Counted from the first letter of the stretch, positions 1-12,589 are shown. The stretch is DNA of 61,200 nt from an uncultured Luminiphilus sp. (GCA_938085095.1 CALKEI010000011.1:1-61200), one strand, 5' to 3'. The notes: generated from the letters alone by a model not told the origin. Program-made: numbers and translations.

Positions 1-449
1 GAGCCAGTCTGAGGCGTCCAGTCTGCGCATCAGACTAGATACCCGATTGTTAGATTCAGCGACCCCTTCAATCGATACCACGTTGGCCTTGGTCTCCAGT
101 GAGGTATAAAAGACGCCATCGGGAACCGTTCTGACAAGCTGATCCATTAGCCTGACAATTACTGGGCGGTTGCCCTGAAGGGCTTGAATCACTCGCATGC
201 GTTCGATCAGTTGATTGCGTTTGCGCTGCAAATCCCGAATCTCCGCCACTTCCTCATCCAGCAAGGCAATGCGAGCGCCAAGGTATTGGTTGCGCGACTG
301 CTGGTGATCGATCTGGCTGTTGACCGTCAGATCCCAGAGCAGCACTGACACCAGCGCCCCTGCCAACGTTGCGCCCAGGCTGACCAAAAATTGTTTTTTA
401 CGCTCTTCTCTGCGGGCCTCGCGCCACGGTAATAGATTAATGCTGGCCA

Positions 450-450
<1 letters not shown>
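1..450 (-). CDS. pilN: Type IV pilus assembly protein PilN (runs off the window edge)
   Basis: Minus-strand ATG at 450 reads MASINLLPWRE..., the typical PilN N-terminal INLLPWRE motif. TGATG overlap with the pilM stop. Confidence 0.9.
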
Positions 451-1589
<1,139 letters not shown>

Positions 1590-1762
1590 TCAGGTTTATG
1601 GCCCACCAAAGTCGGTAAAAGGTCACTTAACGCACCCAATAGTGTGAAATCTCCGCAAAAGCCCTGATATGTTTACCCTTTCAGGTGTTGTGATGCGTTC
1701 ACCGGCCGCCCGGGGTCCCACGTTGAACCCAGCCTGAAACGGTCCACACCGGAGAGTCCACA

Positions 1763-4171
1763 GTGCCAAGAGCCAGAAAACTGACGCAATATGCCGGGCT
1801 GATCGCCTGTGCGGGCCTTTGGTGGCTGGCGGGTCTCTACCTCTACCTCAGCCCCGAGCTGCCCGAAGAGAGTGCGCTGCGCAATATCACACTGCGCACC
1901 CCCATGCGGGTGCTCAGTCTGGACGGCGCCCTCATAGGACAATTCGGGGAACAGAAGAGAAAGCCGCTGCGCTTTGACGAGATCCCGCAAAGCTTTATCA
2001 ATGCCCTGCTCGCCGCCGAAGATGACGGTTTCTTTGAGCACAGTGGCATCGAACCCCTCAGTTTAATGAGAGCGGTTTCGGAGTTACTGCTCACAGGCAA
2101 GAAAGGCAGTGGGGGGTCTACCCTCACCATGCAGGTAGCGAGAAATTATTTCCTCACCCTCGATCAAACCTTCCTCAGAAAATTCACCGAGATTTTGCTG
2201 GCATTTCAGATCGAGGCTCGGCTCAGCAAGGAAGAGATTTTCGAGCTGTATGTTAACCGTGTATTCCTTGGCCACCGAGCCTATGGCTTTGAGGCCGCCG
2301 CCGAGACCTATTACGGCAAGCCCCTCGCGGATCTCAGTCTCGCGCAGCACGCCATGCTGGCGGGGGTGCCAAAAGCCCCTTCTCGCAATAACCCCCTGAG
2401 CAATCCCGACCAGGGGAAGGGCCGGCGGGACTGGATTCTGGGGCGTATGGCCAGCCTCGGCATGATTGATGAAGCCGACCAGCTCATCGCCCAGAACACC
2501 CCGGTGACAGCTGATTTTTATGGGCAAGTCGTCGAAGTCGACGCCGATTACGTGGCTGAAATGGTCCGCCAGGAGATGGTAGAGCGCTTCGGAAACGCCG
2601 CCTACAACGATGGTTATGTCGTTTACACAACGGTAGAGGCTAAACGGCAGCAGGCTGCGCACGATGCGGTGCTGAGCGGGCTGCGAACCTATGACTGGCG
2701 GCACGGCTGGCGCGGCCCGGAACGTCGACTGGCGCCCCGGGAAGGAGAGTTGCCAGAAGAAACCCTTGAGCGCTGGCAAGCGGCGCTGCGGGCCATGCCC
2801 ACCATCGCCAAATTGCCGCCGGGGATTGTGACCGAGGTGGGCGAGGAAGAGGTCACCGTGCTCACCAAGGCCGGCGAATCCATCACGCTCTTGTGGGAGG
2901 GTGATCTTGAGAAAGTGCGTCGATATCGATCCGTTAATCAAACATCTGCTGCGGAAAAAACGGCCTCTGATCTACTCGCACCCGGAGATCTGATCCGCAT
3001 TCGCGAGGAAGCTCAGGGGTGGCGCCTCACCCAGGTACCAAAAGCACAGGCTGCATTGGTGTCGCTCGACCCCAAGCACGGCGCAATACGAGCTTTGGTG
3101 GGCGGCATGGGCTTTGAACTCTCAAAATTCAATCGCGCCACGCAGGCAAAACGTCAGCCAGGCTCTAACTTCAAACCTTTCCTGTACGCCAGCGCCCTGT
3201 CCGCCGGTATCACACCGTCGACCGTGATCAACGACGCACCGGTAGTGCTCGATAATCTTGCGGCTGCGGAAATCTGGCGCCCCGAAAATGACAGCGGGAA
3301 GTTTTACGGCCCAACGCGCCTCAGGGAAGCACTGACCTTCTCGCGGAATCTCGTATCGATCCGGGTGCTACAGCGGGTCGGCGTCAGGTCATTTATCCGC
3401 TTCATTGAGGGACTCGGCTTCGACACCGAGGATATGCAAGCCAACCTCACGCTCGCACTGGGCACTCACACGTACACCCCCCTAGACATCGCAACGGGTT
3501 ATGCCCTTCTCGCTAACGAAGGATTCAAAGTGGAGCCCTGGTTGATTGAGCGCATTGAAAATGCGGATGGAGAGATCGTCTACGCCGCCGACCCTCTGGT
3601 CGCCTGCGCTGAGTGCTCTCGATCGGATGACGAAGAGCCCGAAGAGATGCGGATGGAGGACATTCTAGGTGCCGCGGTACCCGAGATCCGCGCCGCCGAG
3701 CAGGTGATGGACCCTCGGGTCGCCTACATCACGTCATCTTTTCTCAATGACGCCATTCAGCGCGGCACGGGGCGACGCGCACGGGTATTGGAACGCACCG
3801 ACATTGCCGGCAAAACCGGCACCACTAACGGGCCCCGAGACGCTTGGTTCTCGGGTTTCAATCGCGACCTCATCACTACCGCCTGGGTGGGCTTCGACGA
3901 TTACGGTCCACTGGGTCGTCGGGAATTCGGGGGCACTGCGGCGCTTCCAATCTGGATCGACTATATGCGACAGGCCCTCCCACCTGCTCAGCCTGCGGCG
4001 CCGATGCCACCCGGTATTGTGCGGCTCCGGGTAGATAAAGAATCGGGGCTGCGCGTTCGAGGGCAGCCCGAAGGCAGCACGATGGAATACTTTCTGGAGG
4101 AATTTCTGCCGGATTGGGACACCCAGTCAGACAGAGGTATCGACAGCAAAAATCTGGACCAGATTTTCTGA
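1763..4171 (+). CDS. mrcA: Penicillin-binding protein 1A (class A PBP)
   Basis: N-terminal TM anchor. Transglycosylase motifs EDxxFxxHxG, GGSTLTMQ and RKxxE. Transpeptidase motifs SxxK (SNFK), SxN (SRN) and KTG. Confidence 0.95.
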   Translation: MPRARKLTQYAGLIACAGLWWLAGLYLYLSPELPEESALRNITLRTPMRVLSLDGALIGQFGEQKRKPLRFDEIPQSFINALLAAEDDGFFEHSGIEPLSLMRAVSELLLTGKKGSGGSTLTMQVARNYFLTLDQTFLRKFTEILLAFQIEARLSKEEIFELYVNRVFLGHRAYGFEAAAETYYGKPLADLSLAQHAMLAGVPKAPSRNNPLSNPDQGKGRRDWILGRMASLGMIDEADQLIAQNTPVTADFYGQVVEVDADYVAEMVRQEMVERFGNAAYNDGYVVYTTVEAKRQQAAHDAVLSGLRTYDWRHGWRGPERRLAPREGELPEETLERWQAALRAMPTIAKLPPGIVTEVGEEEVTVLTKAGESITLLWEGDLEKVRRYRSVNQTSAAEKTASDLLAPGDLIRIREEAQGWRLTQVPKAQAALVSLDPKHGAIRALVGGMGFELSKFNRATQAKRQPGSNFKPFLYASALSAGITPSTVINDAPVVLDNLAAAEIWRPENDSGKFYGPTRLREALTFSRNLVSIRVLQRVGVRSFIRFIEGLGFDTEDMQANLTLALGTHTYTPLDIATGYALLANEGFKVEPWLIERIENADGEIVYAADPLVACAECSRSDDEEPEEMRMEDILGAAVPEIRAAEQVMDPRVAYITSSFLNDAIQRGTGRRARVLERTDIAGKTGTTNGPRDAWFSGFNRDLITTAWVGFDDYGPLGRREFGGTAALPIWIDYMRQALPPAQPAAPMPPGIVRLRVDKESGLRVRGQPEGSTMEYFLEEFLPDWDTQSDRGIDSKNLDQIF

Positions 4172-4174
4172 GCC

Positions 4175-4206
4175 AAAAAAAACGCCGGCATCAGCCAGCG
4201 TCTTTT
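4175..4206 (-). terminator. Intrinsic terminator of rpmE, possibly bidirectional with mrcA
   Basis: Minus strand GACGCTGGC-TGAT-GCCGGCGTT followed by a T run, between convergent mrcA and rpmE. Confidence 0.7.
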
Positions 4207-4220
4207 ACTATCAGTTCAGA

Positions 4221-4436
4221 TCACTTCTTTAAGCTGCGGCCACCAAATCGCTTATTGAAGCGATCAACGCGGCCACCGGTGTCGACGATTTTCTGCTTGC
4301 CGGTGTAAAACGGATGACACTGACTACACACGTCGAGAGACATATCTTCACCCAACGTGGAGCGAGTCTTGATCTCGTTGCCACAGCTGCAACGGGCGGT
4401 AATCTCGCTGTACTGTGGATGTATACCTGCTTTCAT
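4221..4436 (-). CDS. rpmE: 50S ribosomal protein L31 (Zn-binding C+ form)
   Basis: MKAGIHPQY...CSCGN...[14 protein letters not shown]...[11 protein letters not shown]. Start chosen at ATG 4436, after a GGAGG SD. Confidence 0.97.
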   Translation of the reverse strand: MKAGIHPQYSEITARCSCGNEIKTRSTLGEDMSLDVCSQCHPFYTGKQKIVDTGGRVDRFNKRFGGRSLKK

Positions 4437-4477
4437 GCCAACCTCCGCCAGCATCTGTCGTGCGAAAAAGAGCGCGG

Positions 4478-4505
4478 ATCATACCAGAGCCAACACCGAT
4501 AGCAA
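4478..4505 (-). promoter_or_regulatory. Putative sigma70 promoter of rpmE
   Basis: Minus strand TTGCTA-N16-TATGAT with a TGn extended -10 and a GC-rich discriminator (CCGCGC). Confidence 0.55.
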
Positions 4506-4571
4506 GGCGGAATACATCAACTCCCGCGCTCTAGTACACTAGGCGCGATTAGCCGTCGCACCGAGCAGACC

Positions 4572-6779
4572 TTGAGCCAGAAACTAGCGGACAACACCCC
4601 CGATCACATGATCTGGCGCTGTGCGGTGCCCTCCCCCCTGAGACGACACTTTGATTATCGACCACCCGCGGATTGGCAGGGTGAGATAACACCCGGGGTT
4701 CGGGTAAGCGTTCCTTTTGGTAAGCGCGCCGTGACCGCGGTCGTGGTATCAGAGGCAACAGAGTCGCAAATCGATGAGACGAAGCTGCGGCACGTTACGG
4801 CTTTACTGGATGCTGCGCCCCTCTATACCGAGGCGCAGCTGGCACTGCTGAGGTGGGCGGCCGACTATTATCAGCATCCGCCGGGGGAGGTTTTACCACT
4901 GGGGTTATCGCCGGGAGAGCGGCGCGGTAAAACCGAGCGCACGGTGGGAGAGCCGGGGCTCTCGCTTACTGCTCGAGGCCAAGGGCTACCAGAAGGTGCG
5001 CCGCATCGGGCACCCAAACAGGCTGCATTGGTATTAAAACTCAAACAGGGGCCCGCCAGTGTGGGCGCACTGGCCGCAGAGGGCTTCAGCCGAACCGTCA
5101 TCAAGGCGCTTGTCGATCACAACTTGGCCACCCCCTGCGAACTGAGCGTCGATCAGAGCTGGCGAACCCAAACCCCCCCGCTGCCCGCCAACGAAGAACA
5201 GCAAGCCGCGATTGAGGCGATCATGGCCCAAACAGGGTCCTTCGCGGTACATCTCCTCTATGGGGTGACGGGCAGCGGGAAAACCGAAGTGTATTTGCAG
5301 GCCATTGCAGACTGCCTCGAGCGGGGTCAGCAGGCTCTGGTCTTACTTCCAGAGATTGCGCTCACGCCTCAAACACTGGCGCGCTTTGAGGCGCGGTTTG
5401 ACGCACCAGTGGTCGCACTCCATTCGGGTATGGGAGATGCCGAGCGAGATCGAGTCTGGGCTGCTGCGCGACGAGGCACTGCTGCCGTGGTGCTGGGCAC
5501 CCGATCGGCGGTTTTTGTCCCCTTATGTCAACCGGGGCTGATCGTAGTCGATGAGGAGCATGATGCCGCATTTGTTCAACAAGATGGCTTTCGCTACTCA
5601 GCGCGAGATGTTGCCATTAAACGCGGTCAACTCGAGCAGTGTCCGGTGGTGCTGGGCAGCGCCACACCCAGTCTTGAAAGTTGGCATAACGCTGAGTTGG
5701 GACGCTACCAACGCCACGCTTTGACACAACGAGCGGGCACGGGAACATTACCTCGACACCACCGCATTGACATCAGCGGACTGGATTTGGCTGCGGGCCT
5801 CTCGCGTGAGCTCCTGGATCGAATCGGAGATACGCTCAGCGATGGTCATCAGGTACTGGTATTCCTGAATCGGCGTGGCTTCGCCAACGCACTGCTTTGC
5901 CACGATTGCGGCTGGAGCAGCGACTGCGCGGATTGTGACGCCCGCATGACGCTGCATAAAACGCCGCCGGGCCTGCACTGTCATCACTGCGACCGACGCA
6001 GCGCAGTGCCCAGCCAATGCCCGAATTGCCAAAGCAGACGCCTTGTCGGCACCGGCGTGGGAACTCAACAAACCGAAGCCTTTCTCACAGAGCAGTTTGC
6101 CGATTTCCCGGTCATCCGGGTCGATAGCGACACCATGACTGGCCGGGCATCCATGTCCGGCCTGATCAGTCGCTTGGCCTCAGGAGACCCGGTATTAATG
6201 ATTGGCACCCAGATGCTCAGCAAAGGACATCACTTTCCTCACGTCACGCTGGTGGCGGTCGTGGACGCCGATGCGCTGCTTTTTAGCCCCGATTTTCGTG
6301 GTGAAGAGCGGTTGCTCCAGCTTCTCACCCAGGTCGGCGGCCGGGCTGGACGTGACAAAACGCCGGGTGAGGTGCTCATTCAGACCCGGCATCCAGAGCA
6401 CCCCCTGATGCAACAACTCGACCGGCCCTACCACACCGCCTTGCCTGCGCTGCTCAATCATCGCGTGCAGGCAGGGTTGCCGCCCCTGGGCGCGCTGGGC
6501 GTTATTCGGTGTGACAGTCAACGTCGACACGAGGGGCTCGACTTCCTTCATCAGGTAAAAAACAGCGCGGCGGCGGCAGCCGGGACTCACGTCATTGGGC
6601 CAGTGCCTGCCGCTATGGCACGACGTAAAAATCGCTACCGATCACAGCTGGTGATCTCGGCGAAGAACCGCACTTTGCTCGCTGCCAGCATGGCGGCACT
6701 GGTCTCCGCGGCGGAATCTACGCGACGCTCGCACCATCTCAGCTGGTCAGTCGATATTGACCCCTACGAAAGCTTGTGA
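4572..6779 (+). CDS. priA: Primosomal protein N' (replication restart helicase)
   Basis: GVTGSGKTEVY Walker A, DEEH, four CxxC Zn motifs, QVGGRAGR, C-terminal DIDP. Confidence 0.95.
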   Translation: MSQKLADNTPDHMIWRCAVPSPLRRHFDYRPPADWQGEITPGVRVSVPFGKRAVTAVVVSEATESQIDETKLRHVTALLDAAPLYTEAQLALLRWAADYYQHPPGEVLPLGLSPGERRGKTERTVGEPGLSLTARGQGLPEGAPHRAPKQAALVLKLKQGPASVGALAAEGFSRTVIKALVDHNLATPCELSVDQSWRTQTPPLPANEEQQAAIEAIMAQTGSFAVHLLYGVTGSGKTEVYLQAIADCLERGQQALVLLPEIALTPQTLARFEARFDAPVVALHSGMGDAERDRVWAAARRGTAAVVLGTRSAVFVPLCQPGLIVVDEEHDAAFVQQDGFRYSARDVAIKRGQLEQCPVVLGSATPSLESWHNAELGRYQRHALTQRAGTGTLPRHHRIDISGLDLAAGLSRELLDRIGDTLSDGHQVLVFLNRRGFANALLCHDCGWSSDCADCDARMTLHKTPPGLHCHHCDRRSAVPSQCPNCQSRRLVGTGVGTQQTEAFLTEQFADFPVIRVDSDTMTGRASMSGLISRLASGDPVLMIGTQMLSKGHHFPHVTLVAVVDADALLFSPDFRGEERLLQLLTQVGGRAGRDKTPGEVLIQTRHPEHPLMQQLDRPYHTALPALLNHRVQAGLPPLGALGVIRCDSQRRHEGLDFLHQVKNSAAAAAGTHVIGPVPAAMARRKNRYRSQLVISAKNRTLLAASMAALVSAAESTRRSHHLSWSVDIDPYESL

Positions 6780-6871
6780 CTTCCTTCGCTGGAGCCGTCG
6801 CCACGGGTTGGTGATAATGACGCTTGAGTCCGCGCGCATTGGCGACGCGGGTAGACCGTGACAGGATGACA

Positions 6872-8557
6872 ATGAAACCCGAACTGGCTGCGCTGATTAC
6901 CACAGCGCTGGAACAACTCGTATCACAAGGTGTCTTGGCTGGGCTGCCTGACGCAGCACCGCAAATTGATCGCCCTAAGGATCCGAGCCATGGCGACCTC
7001 TCCTGCAACATTGCCATGGTGTTGGCTAAACGTGCCGGTATCGCTCCCCGCGATCTCGCCACGCAGATTATCGATACGCTACCCGACAACACGTTGATCG
7101 ATCGCTGCGATATCGCCGGTCCAGGCTTCATCAATTTTTTTGTGAATGCGAGTCACCATACCGGGGTCGTGCGCACCATTTTGGAAAGTGGCTCGGATTA
7201 TGGAAAATCGGATAGCGGCGCAGGCCGGCAAGTGCAGGTGGAATTTGTCTCGGCTAATCCCACGGGACCACTGCATGTTGGTCACGGGCGTGGCGCGGCG
7301 ATCGGTGACTCTCTGAGTCGCTTGCTTGAGGCAACGGGCTGGTCGGTGCAACGCGAGTTTTATTACAACGATGCGGGGCAACAGATCAATAACCTGGCTC
7401 TGTCGGTACAAGCTCGCGGTCAGGGCAAAGGTCCTGATCACCCCGACTGGCCTGCCGATGGCTATCAGGGAGGCTACATCGAGGATGTCGCGGCCGCCTA
7501 CATGGCAGGCGATTCGGTGCAGGCTGCCGACCGGGAAATCACCGGCGCCGCCGATTTGGATGACCTCGACGCAATCAGGGAATTCGCCGTGGCCTGCCTG
7601 AGGCGCGAGCAAGATCAGGATCTGCAGGCCTTTCAAGTCGTTTTCGACAAGTACTTTTTGGAGTCATCTCTCTACGATAGCGGCGCCGTCGAAGAGACCG
7701 TGACAACGCTTCAAGCGGCGGGCCATACTTTTGAAGATCAGGATGCCCTCTGGCTGCGCACGACCGACTTTGGTGATGATAAAGACCGCGTAATGCGCAA
7801 GAGCGAGGGCGGCTATACCTACTTTGTGCCCGACGTCGCCTATCATCACAACAAGTGGCAGCGGGGTTACCAGCGCGTCATTAACGAGCAGGGTGCTGAT
7901 CACCACAGCACCATCACCCGGGTGCGGGCAGGACTCCAGGGCCTCAATGTTGGGATTCCCGAGGGTTGGCCAGAGTATGTGTTGCACCAAATGGTGACCG
8001 TGATGCGCGAAGGCGCCGAGGTCAAGCTCTCTAAACGGACAGGCGGCTACGTGACACTCCGCGACCTGATTGATTGGGTGGGTTGCGATGCCACTCGCTA
8101 TTTCCTGGTCGCACGAGCGCCGACGTCTCAACTGACCTTCGACGTGGATCTGGCGCTGGCACGCAGCAATGAGAACCCCGTTTATTACATCCAATACGCT
8201 CACGCTCGGTGCGTCAGCGTGCTGCGCAAGGCGACCGAAATCGCAGGCGACGCTCACGTAAGCGCCGGGCTTGCGCATCTGGCCCGTCTCGATGAGCCGG
8301 AGACCTTATCACTGGCGATCAGTTTGGGCCGCTTCCCCGAGGTGGTTGCGAATGCAGCAGAACGCCTTGAGCCACATGATGTGGCCAATTATTTGCGAGA
8401 GCTCGCCGCGGACTTCCACAGCTTTTACAATGCACACAAAGTCCTTGAAGGAGTGCCGGAAACCATGCAGGCGAGGCTCGCACTGGTCGCCGCCACCCGA
8501 CAGGTCATCGCCAGCGGTCTTGCTCTGCTGGGCGTGTCAGCTCCGGACGCTATGTAA
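6872..8557 (+). CDS. argS: Arginine--tRNA ligase
   Basis: VEFVSANPTGPLHVGHGRGA (HIGH-like), KLSKRTG (KMSKS-like), YYIQYAHAR, C-terminal LGVSAPDAM. Start may be 6866 or 6872. Confidence 0.95.
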   Translation: MKPELAALITTALEQLVSQGVLAGLPDAAPQIDRPKDPSHGDLSCNIAMVLAKRAGIAPRDLATQIIDTLPDNTLIDRCDIAGPGFINFFVNASHHTGVVRTILESGSDYGKSDSGAGRQVQVEFVSANPTGPLHVGHGRGAAIGDSLSRLLEATGWSVQREFYYNDAGQQINNLALSVQARGQGKGPDHPDWPADGYQGGYIEDVAAAYMAGDSVQAADREITGAADLDDLDAIREFAVACLRREQDQDLQAFQVVFDKYFLESSLYDSGAVEETVTTLQAAGHTFEDQDALWLRTTDFGDDKDRVMRKSEGGYTYFVPDVAYHHNKWQRGYQRVINEQGADHHSTITRVRAGLQGLNVGIPEGWPEYVLHQMVTVMREGAEVKLSKRTGGYVTLRDLIDWVGCDATRYFLVARAPTSQLTFDVDLALARSNENPVYYIQYAHARCVSVLRKATEIAGDAHVSAGLAHLARLDEPETLSLAISLGRFPEVVANAAERLEPHDVANYLRELAADFHSFYNAHKVLEGVPETMQARLALVAATRQVIASGLALLGVSAPDAM

Positions 8558-9120
8558 TGGCTAACACCTCCGGTCAGTCGGGGCGCAAACCCTCTGCGAC
8601 GCGCAGCCAGACATCCTCCGGGCACAACACGCCTCCGACCCTGAATACATCGCACTTGCAGGGATTTGTCGTGGGATGTGTCACCGGTATCCTCATCTGT
8701 GTGGGCATATTGAACGCGCTCGAGACCGGCGAACAGGCAGCCGAAACCGCACCCATTACGCCACCCACTATAGAGGTTGAAGCCGGTCCACGTTTCGACT
8801 TCTACACTGTTTTGCCCAATCAAGAACTCGATCTCAACCCTGACATTGAGCCTGCGGCTTTGGAAGCCAAATCCAGCGATCAGGCACAGTATCTGTTGCA
8901 AGTTGGCTCCTTCCGCCAAGAGGGTGATGCGGATCGGCGACGTGGTGAGCTCGCCCTGCTTGGGCTCGAGGCAAACGTCGAACCCAGTGATGGCGATAAC
9001 GGTCGATGGTATCGGGTCTATCTCGGACCTTTCGAGAGCCGCTCGGAGATGGCGCGCGCGCGATCATTAACCGCACAGGCAGACATGGATACCCTATTGC
9101 TTAAGCGAGAAGCACCATGA
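8557..9120 (+). CDS. SPOR-domain membrane protein (FtsN-like)
   Basis: Single TM, FDFYTVLP motif, C-terminal SPOR domain (YLLQVGSF...WYRVYLGPF). Lies immediately after argS. Confidence 0.85.
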   Translation: MANTSGQSGRKPSATRSQTSSGHNTPPTLNTSHLQGFVVGCVTGILICVGILNALETGEQAAETAPITPPTIEVEAGPRFDFYTVLPNQELDLNPDIEPAALEAKSSDQAQYLLQVGSFRQEGDADRRRGELALLGLEANVEPSDGDNGRWYRVYLGPFESRSEMARARSLTAQADMDTLLLKREAP

Positions 9121-9512
9121 GCACCGTGAATCAGCATCAGGTCACGCGCCTGCACTATTCCCGCAGCAAGCGCCGGCTTGAAATCGCCTTTGCTGATGAA
9201 GCTGAGTACCAACTGACTGCCGAATTTCTCAGGGTCTTCTCACCCTCTGCCGAGGTGAGAGGCCATGGCCCCGGGCAAGAGACGCTTCAGACCGGCAAGT
9301 CCTCGGTCAGCATCGCGGGAATCGAACAGGTGGGACACTATGCCGTGCAGATTAGCTTTGATGACGGACACGATTCAGGCTTGTATAGCTGGCAGTATCT
9401 GCGTGACCTCGCCGAGCAACAAGACCGGTATTGGCAAGGCTACCTGCAACAATTGGCGGCCACAGGCCAATCACGGGATGCGGAGATTCAGGTCCTGCAT
9501 TTCGACCCCTGA
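9117..9512 (+). CDS. DUF971 / GBBH-like N-terminal domain protein
   Basis: AEFLRVFSPSAEVRGHG...VGHYAVQISFDDGHDSGLYSWQYL signature. Confidence 0.85.
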   Translation: MSTVNQHQVTRLHYSRSKRRLEIAFADEAEYQLTAEFLRVFSPSAEVRGHGPGQETLQTGKSSVSIAGIEQVGHYAVQISFDDGHDSGLYSWQYLRDLAEQQDRYWQGYLQQLAATGQSRDAEIQVLHFDP

Positions 9513-9606
9513 CGCAGGTCCCTTCTACCTCTGAACACAGCTCCGCTGCTCAGGTACACTTGCCGACCCGCTGGTAGAAGACCGGCGCGACGATGAGAAC
9601 GGGCAG

Positions 9607-10383
9607 ATGAGTGATGACGCGGCACATAATGCCGATCGCAATGACAACACCACCGATTTCGGCTTTACCCGGGTAGACCCCGCGGCAAAAGCCGGCATGG
9701 TCCGCGGCGTGTTTGACTCTGTCGCTAGCCGCTATGACTTGATGAATGACCTGATGTCGGGAGGCGTTCACCGCCTCTGGAAACGCTTTACGATTGAGCT
9801 CAGTGCCGCGCGTCCAGGGCAGACCATTCTGGATATTGCTGGCGGTACGGGCGACCTTGCAGCGCGATTCTCGCGCCTCGTGGGCCCCGATGGTCAGGTC
9901 ATACTCGCCGACATTAACGCCGCCATGCTCGAAGTAGGTCGCGACCGACTCATCGACAAAGGGGCGGCTGGGAACATTGAGGTGGTGCAAGCTGACGCCC
10001 AAGCACTGCCCTTTGAAGATAACAGTGTCGATTGCATCACCATCGCCTTTGGGCTGCGCAATGTCACCGATAAGGACATGGCATTGCGCTCCATGTTGCG
10101 TGTGCTGCGCCCGGGAGGTCGACTACTGGTCCTTGAGTTCTCGACGCCCACCTCTCCCCTGTTTGGCAAAGTCTATGACCAATACTCGTTTCAGATTCTG
10201 CCGGCGATCGGTCGTCTCATTGCGCAGGATACTGACAGTTACCGTTATCTGGCGGAGTCCATCCGCAAGCATCCGGATCAGGACACCTTGCTTGAAATGA
10301 TGGAGGACGCCGGATTTGTCGAGTGTCGATACCACAACATGACCGGCGGTATTGTGGCTGTCCATCAAGGATTCAAGGCGTGA
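9607..10383 (+). CDS. ubiE: Ubiquinone/menaquinone biosynthesis C-methyltransferase
   Basis: [37 protein letters not shown] motif, [17 protein letters not shown]. Confidence 0.97.
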   Translation: MSDDAAHNADRNDNTTDFGFTRVDPAAKAGMVRGVFDSVASRYDLMNDLMSGGVHRLWKRFTIELSAARPGQTILDIAGGTGDLAARFSRLVGPDGQVILADINAAMLEVGRDRLIDKGAAGNIEVVQADAQALPFEDNSVDCITIAFGLRNVTDKDMALRSMLRVLRPGGRLLVLEFSTPTSPLFGKVYDQYSFQILPAIGRLIAQDTDSYRYLAESIRKHPDQDTLLEMMEDAGFVECRYHNMTGGIVAVHQGFKA

Positions 10384-11027
10384 CACAACACGATCCCGCG
10401 CTTCTGAGCGCCGCGCTCGCGGGTGCCGAACGGGCACTGAATCAAGCGATTGCAATGGCACCCACCTCTCACAGCGAACTAAACGCTCTTGCGGGCACTC
10501 TGCTGGGTATCGAGATCACAACGCTTGAACTGACCTGGTACATAGAGATGGTCACTGGAACCGAAGTGCGCTTGATCTCGCACTGCGAAAACGCGCCAGA
10601 CGCTTTTGTGCGCGGCACGCTGGAAGATTTTGCAGCCCTCGCCACCTCCGATGATCCCGCCGCGACCCTGATTAATAGCGGTATCGAACTCGAGGGCAGC
10701 AGTGCGAGCCTCATTGCCCTGCAGCAGGTGATCTCCCGCATGGATATTGACTGGGAGGCGCCCCTGGTAGAGGTGCTCGGGGACGTCGTGGGCCATCAAA
10801 TTGCCGAGGGTCTACGCAGATTTTTCCGCTGGAGTGAAGGTGCGCAAGCGAGCCTCAAACGGCAGGCGTCTGAGTACCTGCTCGAGGAGGGGCGTCTCAC
10901 GCCCCCCAAACCCGAGCTTGAACATTTTTATGACGCGGTTCAATCAGTTGCCATGCGCGTGGAGCGCGCCCAGAATCAAGTCGAAAAACTGCTGGCCAAG
11001 GCAGCATCACGCAGGACATCGCAATGA
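10380..11027 (+). CDS. ubiJ: Ubiquinone biosynthesis accessory factor UbiJ (SCP2 domain)
   Basis: Lies between ubiE and ubiB. DIDWEAPL...LGDVVGH and EYLLEE motifs. GTG start overlaps the ubiE stop. Confidence 0.85.
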   Translation: MTQHDPALLSAALAGAERALNQAIAMAPTSHSELNALAGTLLGIEITTLELTWYIEMVTGTEVRLISHCENAPDAFVRGTLEDFAALATSDDPAATLINSGIELEGSSASLIALQQVISRMDIDWEAPLVEVLGDVVGHQIAEGLRRFFRWSEGAQASLKRQASEYLLEEGRLTPPKPELEHFYDAVQSVAMRVERAQNQVEKLLAKAASRRTSQ

Positions 11028-12589
11028 GTCGCGTCATCGCGCTATACCGCGCCGTCGCCCGCTATCGACTCGACCAACTGCTGCCGGCACGTCAACGCCC
11101 ACGATTTTTCTCTTTGCTACTGAGAGTATTTCCAGTGCTCTCGGTCCCTGCCGCCACCCCTCGGGGCGAACGGCTCCGTCGTGCACTCGAGGATCTCGGT
11201 CCGGTTTTTGTCAAATTCGGGCAGTTGCTGTCGACCCGAAGAGATCTATTGCCCCATGACATCGCTGACGAGCTCGCTCTGCTGCAGGATCAAGTCGCGC
11301 CCTTTCCGGCCAAACAGGCGATCCAACGCATTGAGAGTGCGCTGGGTAAACCACTGAGCGAATGCTTTGCAGAGTTTGACGCCAACCCGCTCGCCGCCGC
11401 CTCCGTAGCGCAAGTACATGGCGCCCGATTACCCGATGGTAGCGATGTCGTGGTTAAGGTGTTGAGGCCGGGTATTGAGAAAACCATCGATCAGGATCTC
11501 AGGCTTCTCAGGCATGTTGCTCAACTGCTGGCCCGCTGGTCACGTAGCGGCCGGCGCCTGAAGCCCGTAGAAGTTGTCGACGAATATGACCGCATTATTC
11601 ACGGGGAGCTCGACCTACAGCGAGAGGCGGCCAATGCGTCTCAGCTGCGGCGCCACTTTCAGGACGGCGATCTCGTCTACGTCCCCCGGGTGCACTGGCC
11701 ACTGACTTGCGAGCAGGTCATGGTCAGCGAGCGAATTTACGGCGTGCCCGTCAGTGACATCGAGACGCTCGAGGGTAAACAGGTTGATATCAAGCTGCTG
11801 GCAGAGCGCGGCGTCGAAATTTTCTTCACGCAGGTATTTCGTGACAGTTTCTTTCACGCCGACATGCACCCCGGCAATATTTTTGTCAATTGCTCCCGAC
11901 CCGAAGACCCTCGCTACATAGCCGTCGACTGCGCCATCGTTGGCCAGCTCGATGAGCAGGACCTGTATTACCTGGCGCGTAATCTGCTCGCCATTTTTCA
12001 ACAAGATTACCGGCTGTGCGCCAAACTTCATATCGAGTGCGGCTGGGTGCCAGCTGATACGCCCATAGCGGAGTTTGAATCTGCGCTGCGCACCCTGTGC
12101 GAGCCGGTTTTTGAACGGCCACTGTCAGACATTTCCTTCGGTCACATGCTTGTGACGCTGTTCCGCACTGCGGGACAGTTCGATATGCAGGTGCAGCCAC
12201 AGCTGGTGCTTTTACAGAAAACGCTGCTGAATATTGAGGGGCTGGGCCGCCAGCTTTATCCGGAATTGAATCTGTGGGATACCGCCAAACCCTTCCTTGA
12301 GCAATGGGTGGCCGAGCGCTATTCATTGCAAAACGTCGCTCAACGCCTGCAGCAGGAGGCCCCTGCGCTGCTTGAGACACTCCCTATGCTGCCTGATCTG
12401 ATCCTGCACCGCCTGCGCCAAACGCCTCAAAGCAGCCCAAATCAGCCCAGTCGATCCAGCTGGGTACTGCCTCTGGCGACACTGGGAATGTTCGCGATGG
12501 GTCTCGGTATCGCCAGCTCAGCGGGCACCGGATGGCTGCTGCTGGGGTGTGGATGCCTGCTGTCAGGCCTCCTTATACGCAACCGGTAA
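11024..12589 (+). CDS. ubiB: Ubiquinone biosynthesis atypical kinase UbiB
   Basis: [44 protein letters not shown]-terminal TM helices. Confidence 0.95.
   Translation: MSRVIALYRAVARYRLDQLLPARQRPRFFSLLLRVFPVLSVPAATPRGERLRRALEDLGPVFVKFGQLLSTRRDLLPHDIADELALLQDQVAPFPAKQAIQRIESALGKPLSECFAEFDANPLAAASVAQVHGARLPDGSDVVVKVLRPGIEKTIDQDLRLLRHVAQLLARWSRSGRRLKPVEVVDEYDRIIHGELDLQREAANASQLRRHFQDGDLVYVPRVHWPLTCEQVMVSERIYGVPVSDIETLEGKQVDIKLLAERGVEIFFTQVFRDSFFHADMHPGNIFVNCSRPEDPRYIAVDCAIVGQLDEQDLYYLARNLLAIFQQDYRLCAKLHIECGWVPADTPIAEFESALRTLCEPVFERPLSDISFGHMLVTLFRTAGQFDMQVQPQLVLLQKTLLNIEGLGRQLYPELNLWDTAKPFLEQWVAERYSLQNVAQRLQQEAPALLETLPMLPDLILHRLRQTPQSSPNQPSRSSWVLPLATLGMFAMGLGIASSAGTGWLLLGCGCLLSGLLIRNR

Noticed and set aside
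1640-1706. CRP/CRP-S-like half sites (TGTGA...) between pilM and mrcA
   Set aside because: The spacing or the second half-site does not fit TGTGA-N6-TCACA, so the match is too weak to call.
3600-3700. CxxC plus acidic insert in the PBP1A transpeptidase domain
   Set aside because: A similar Cys-containing variable insert is normal in gammaproteobacterial PBP1A.
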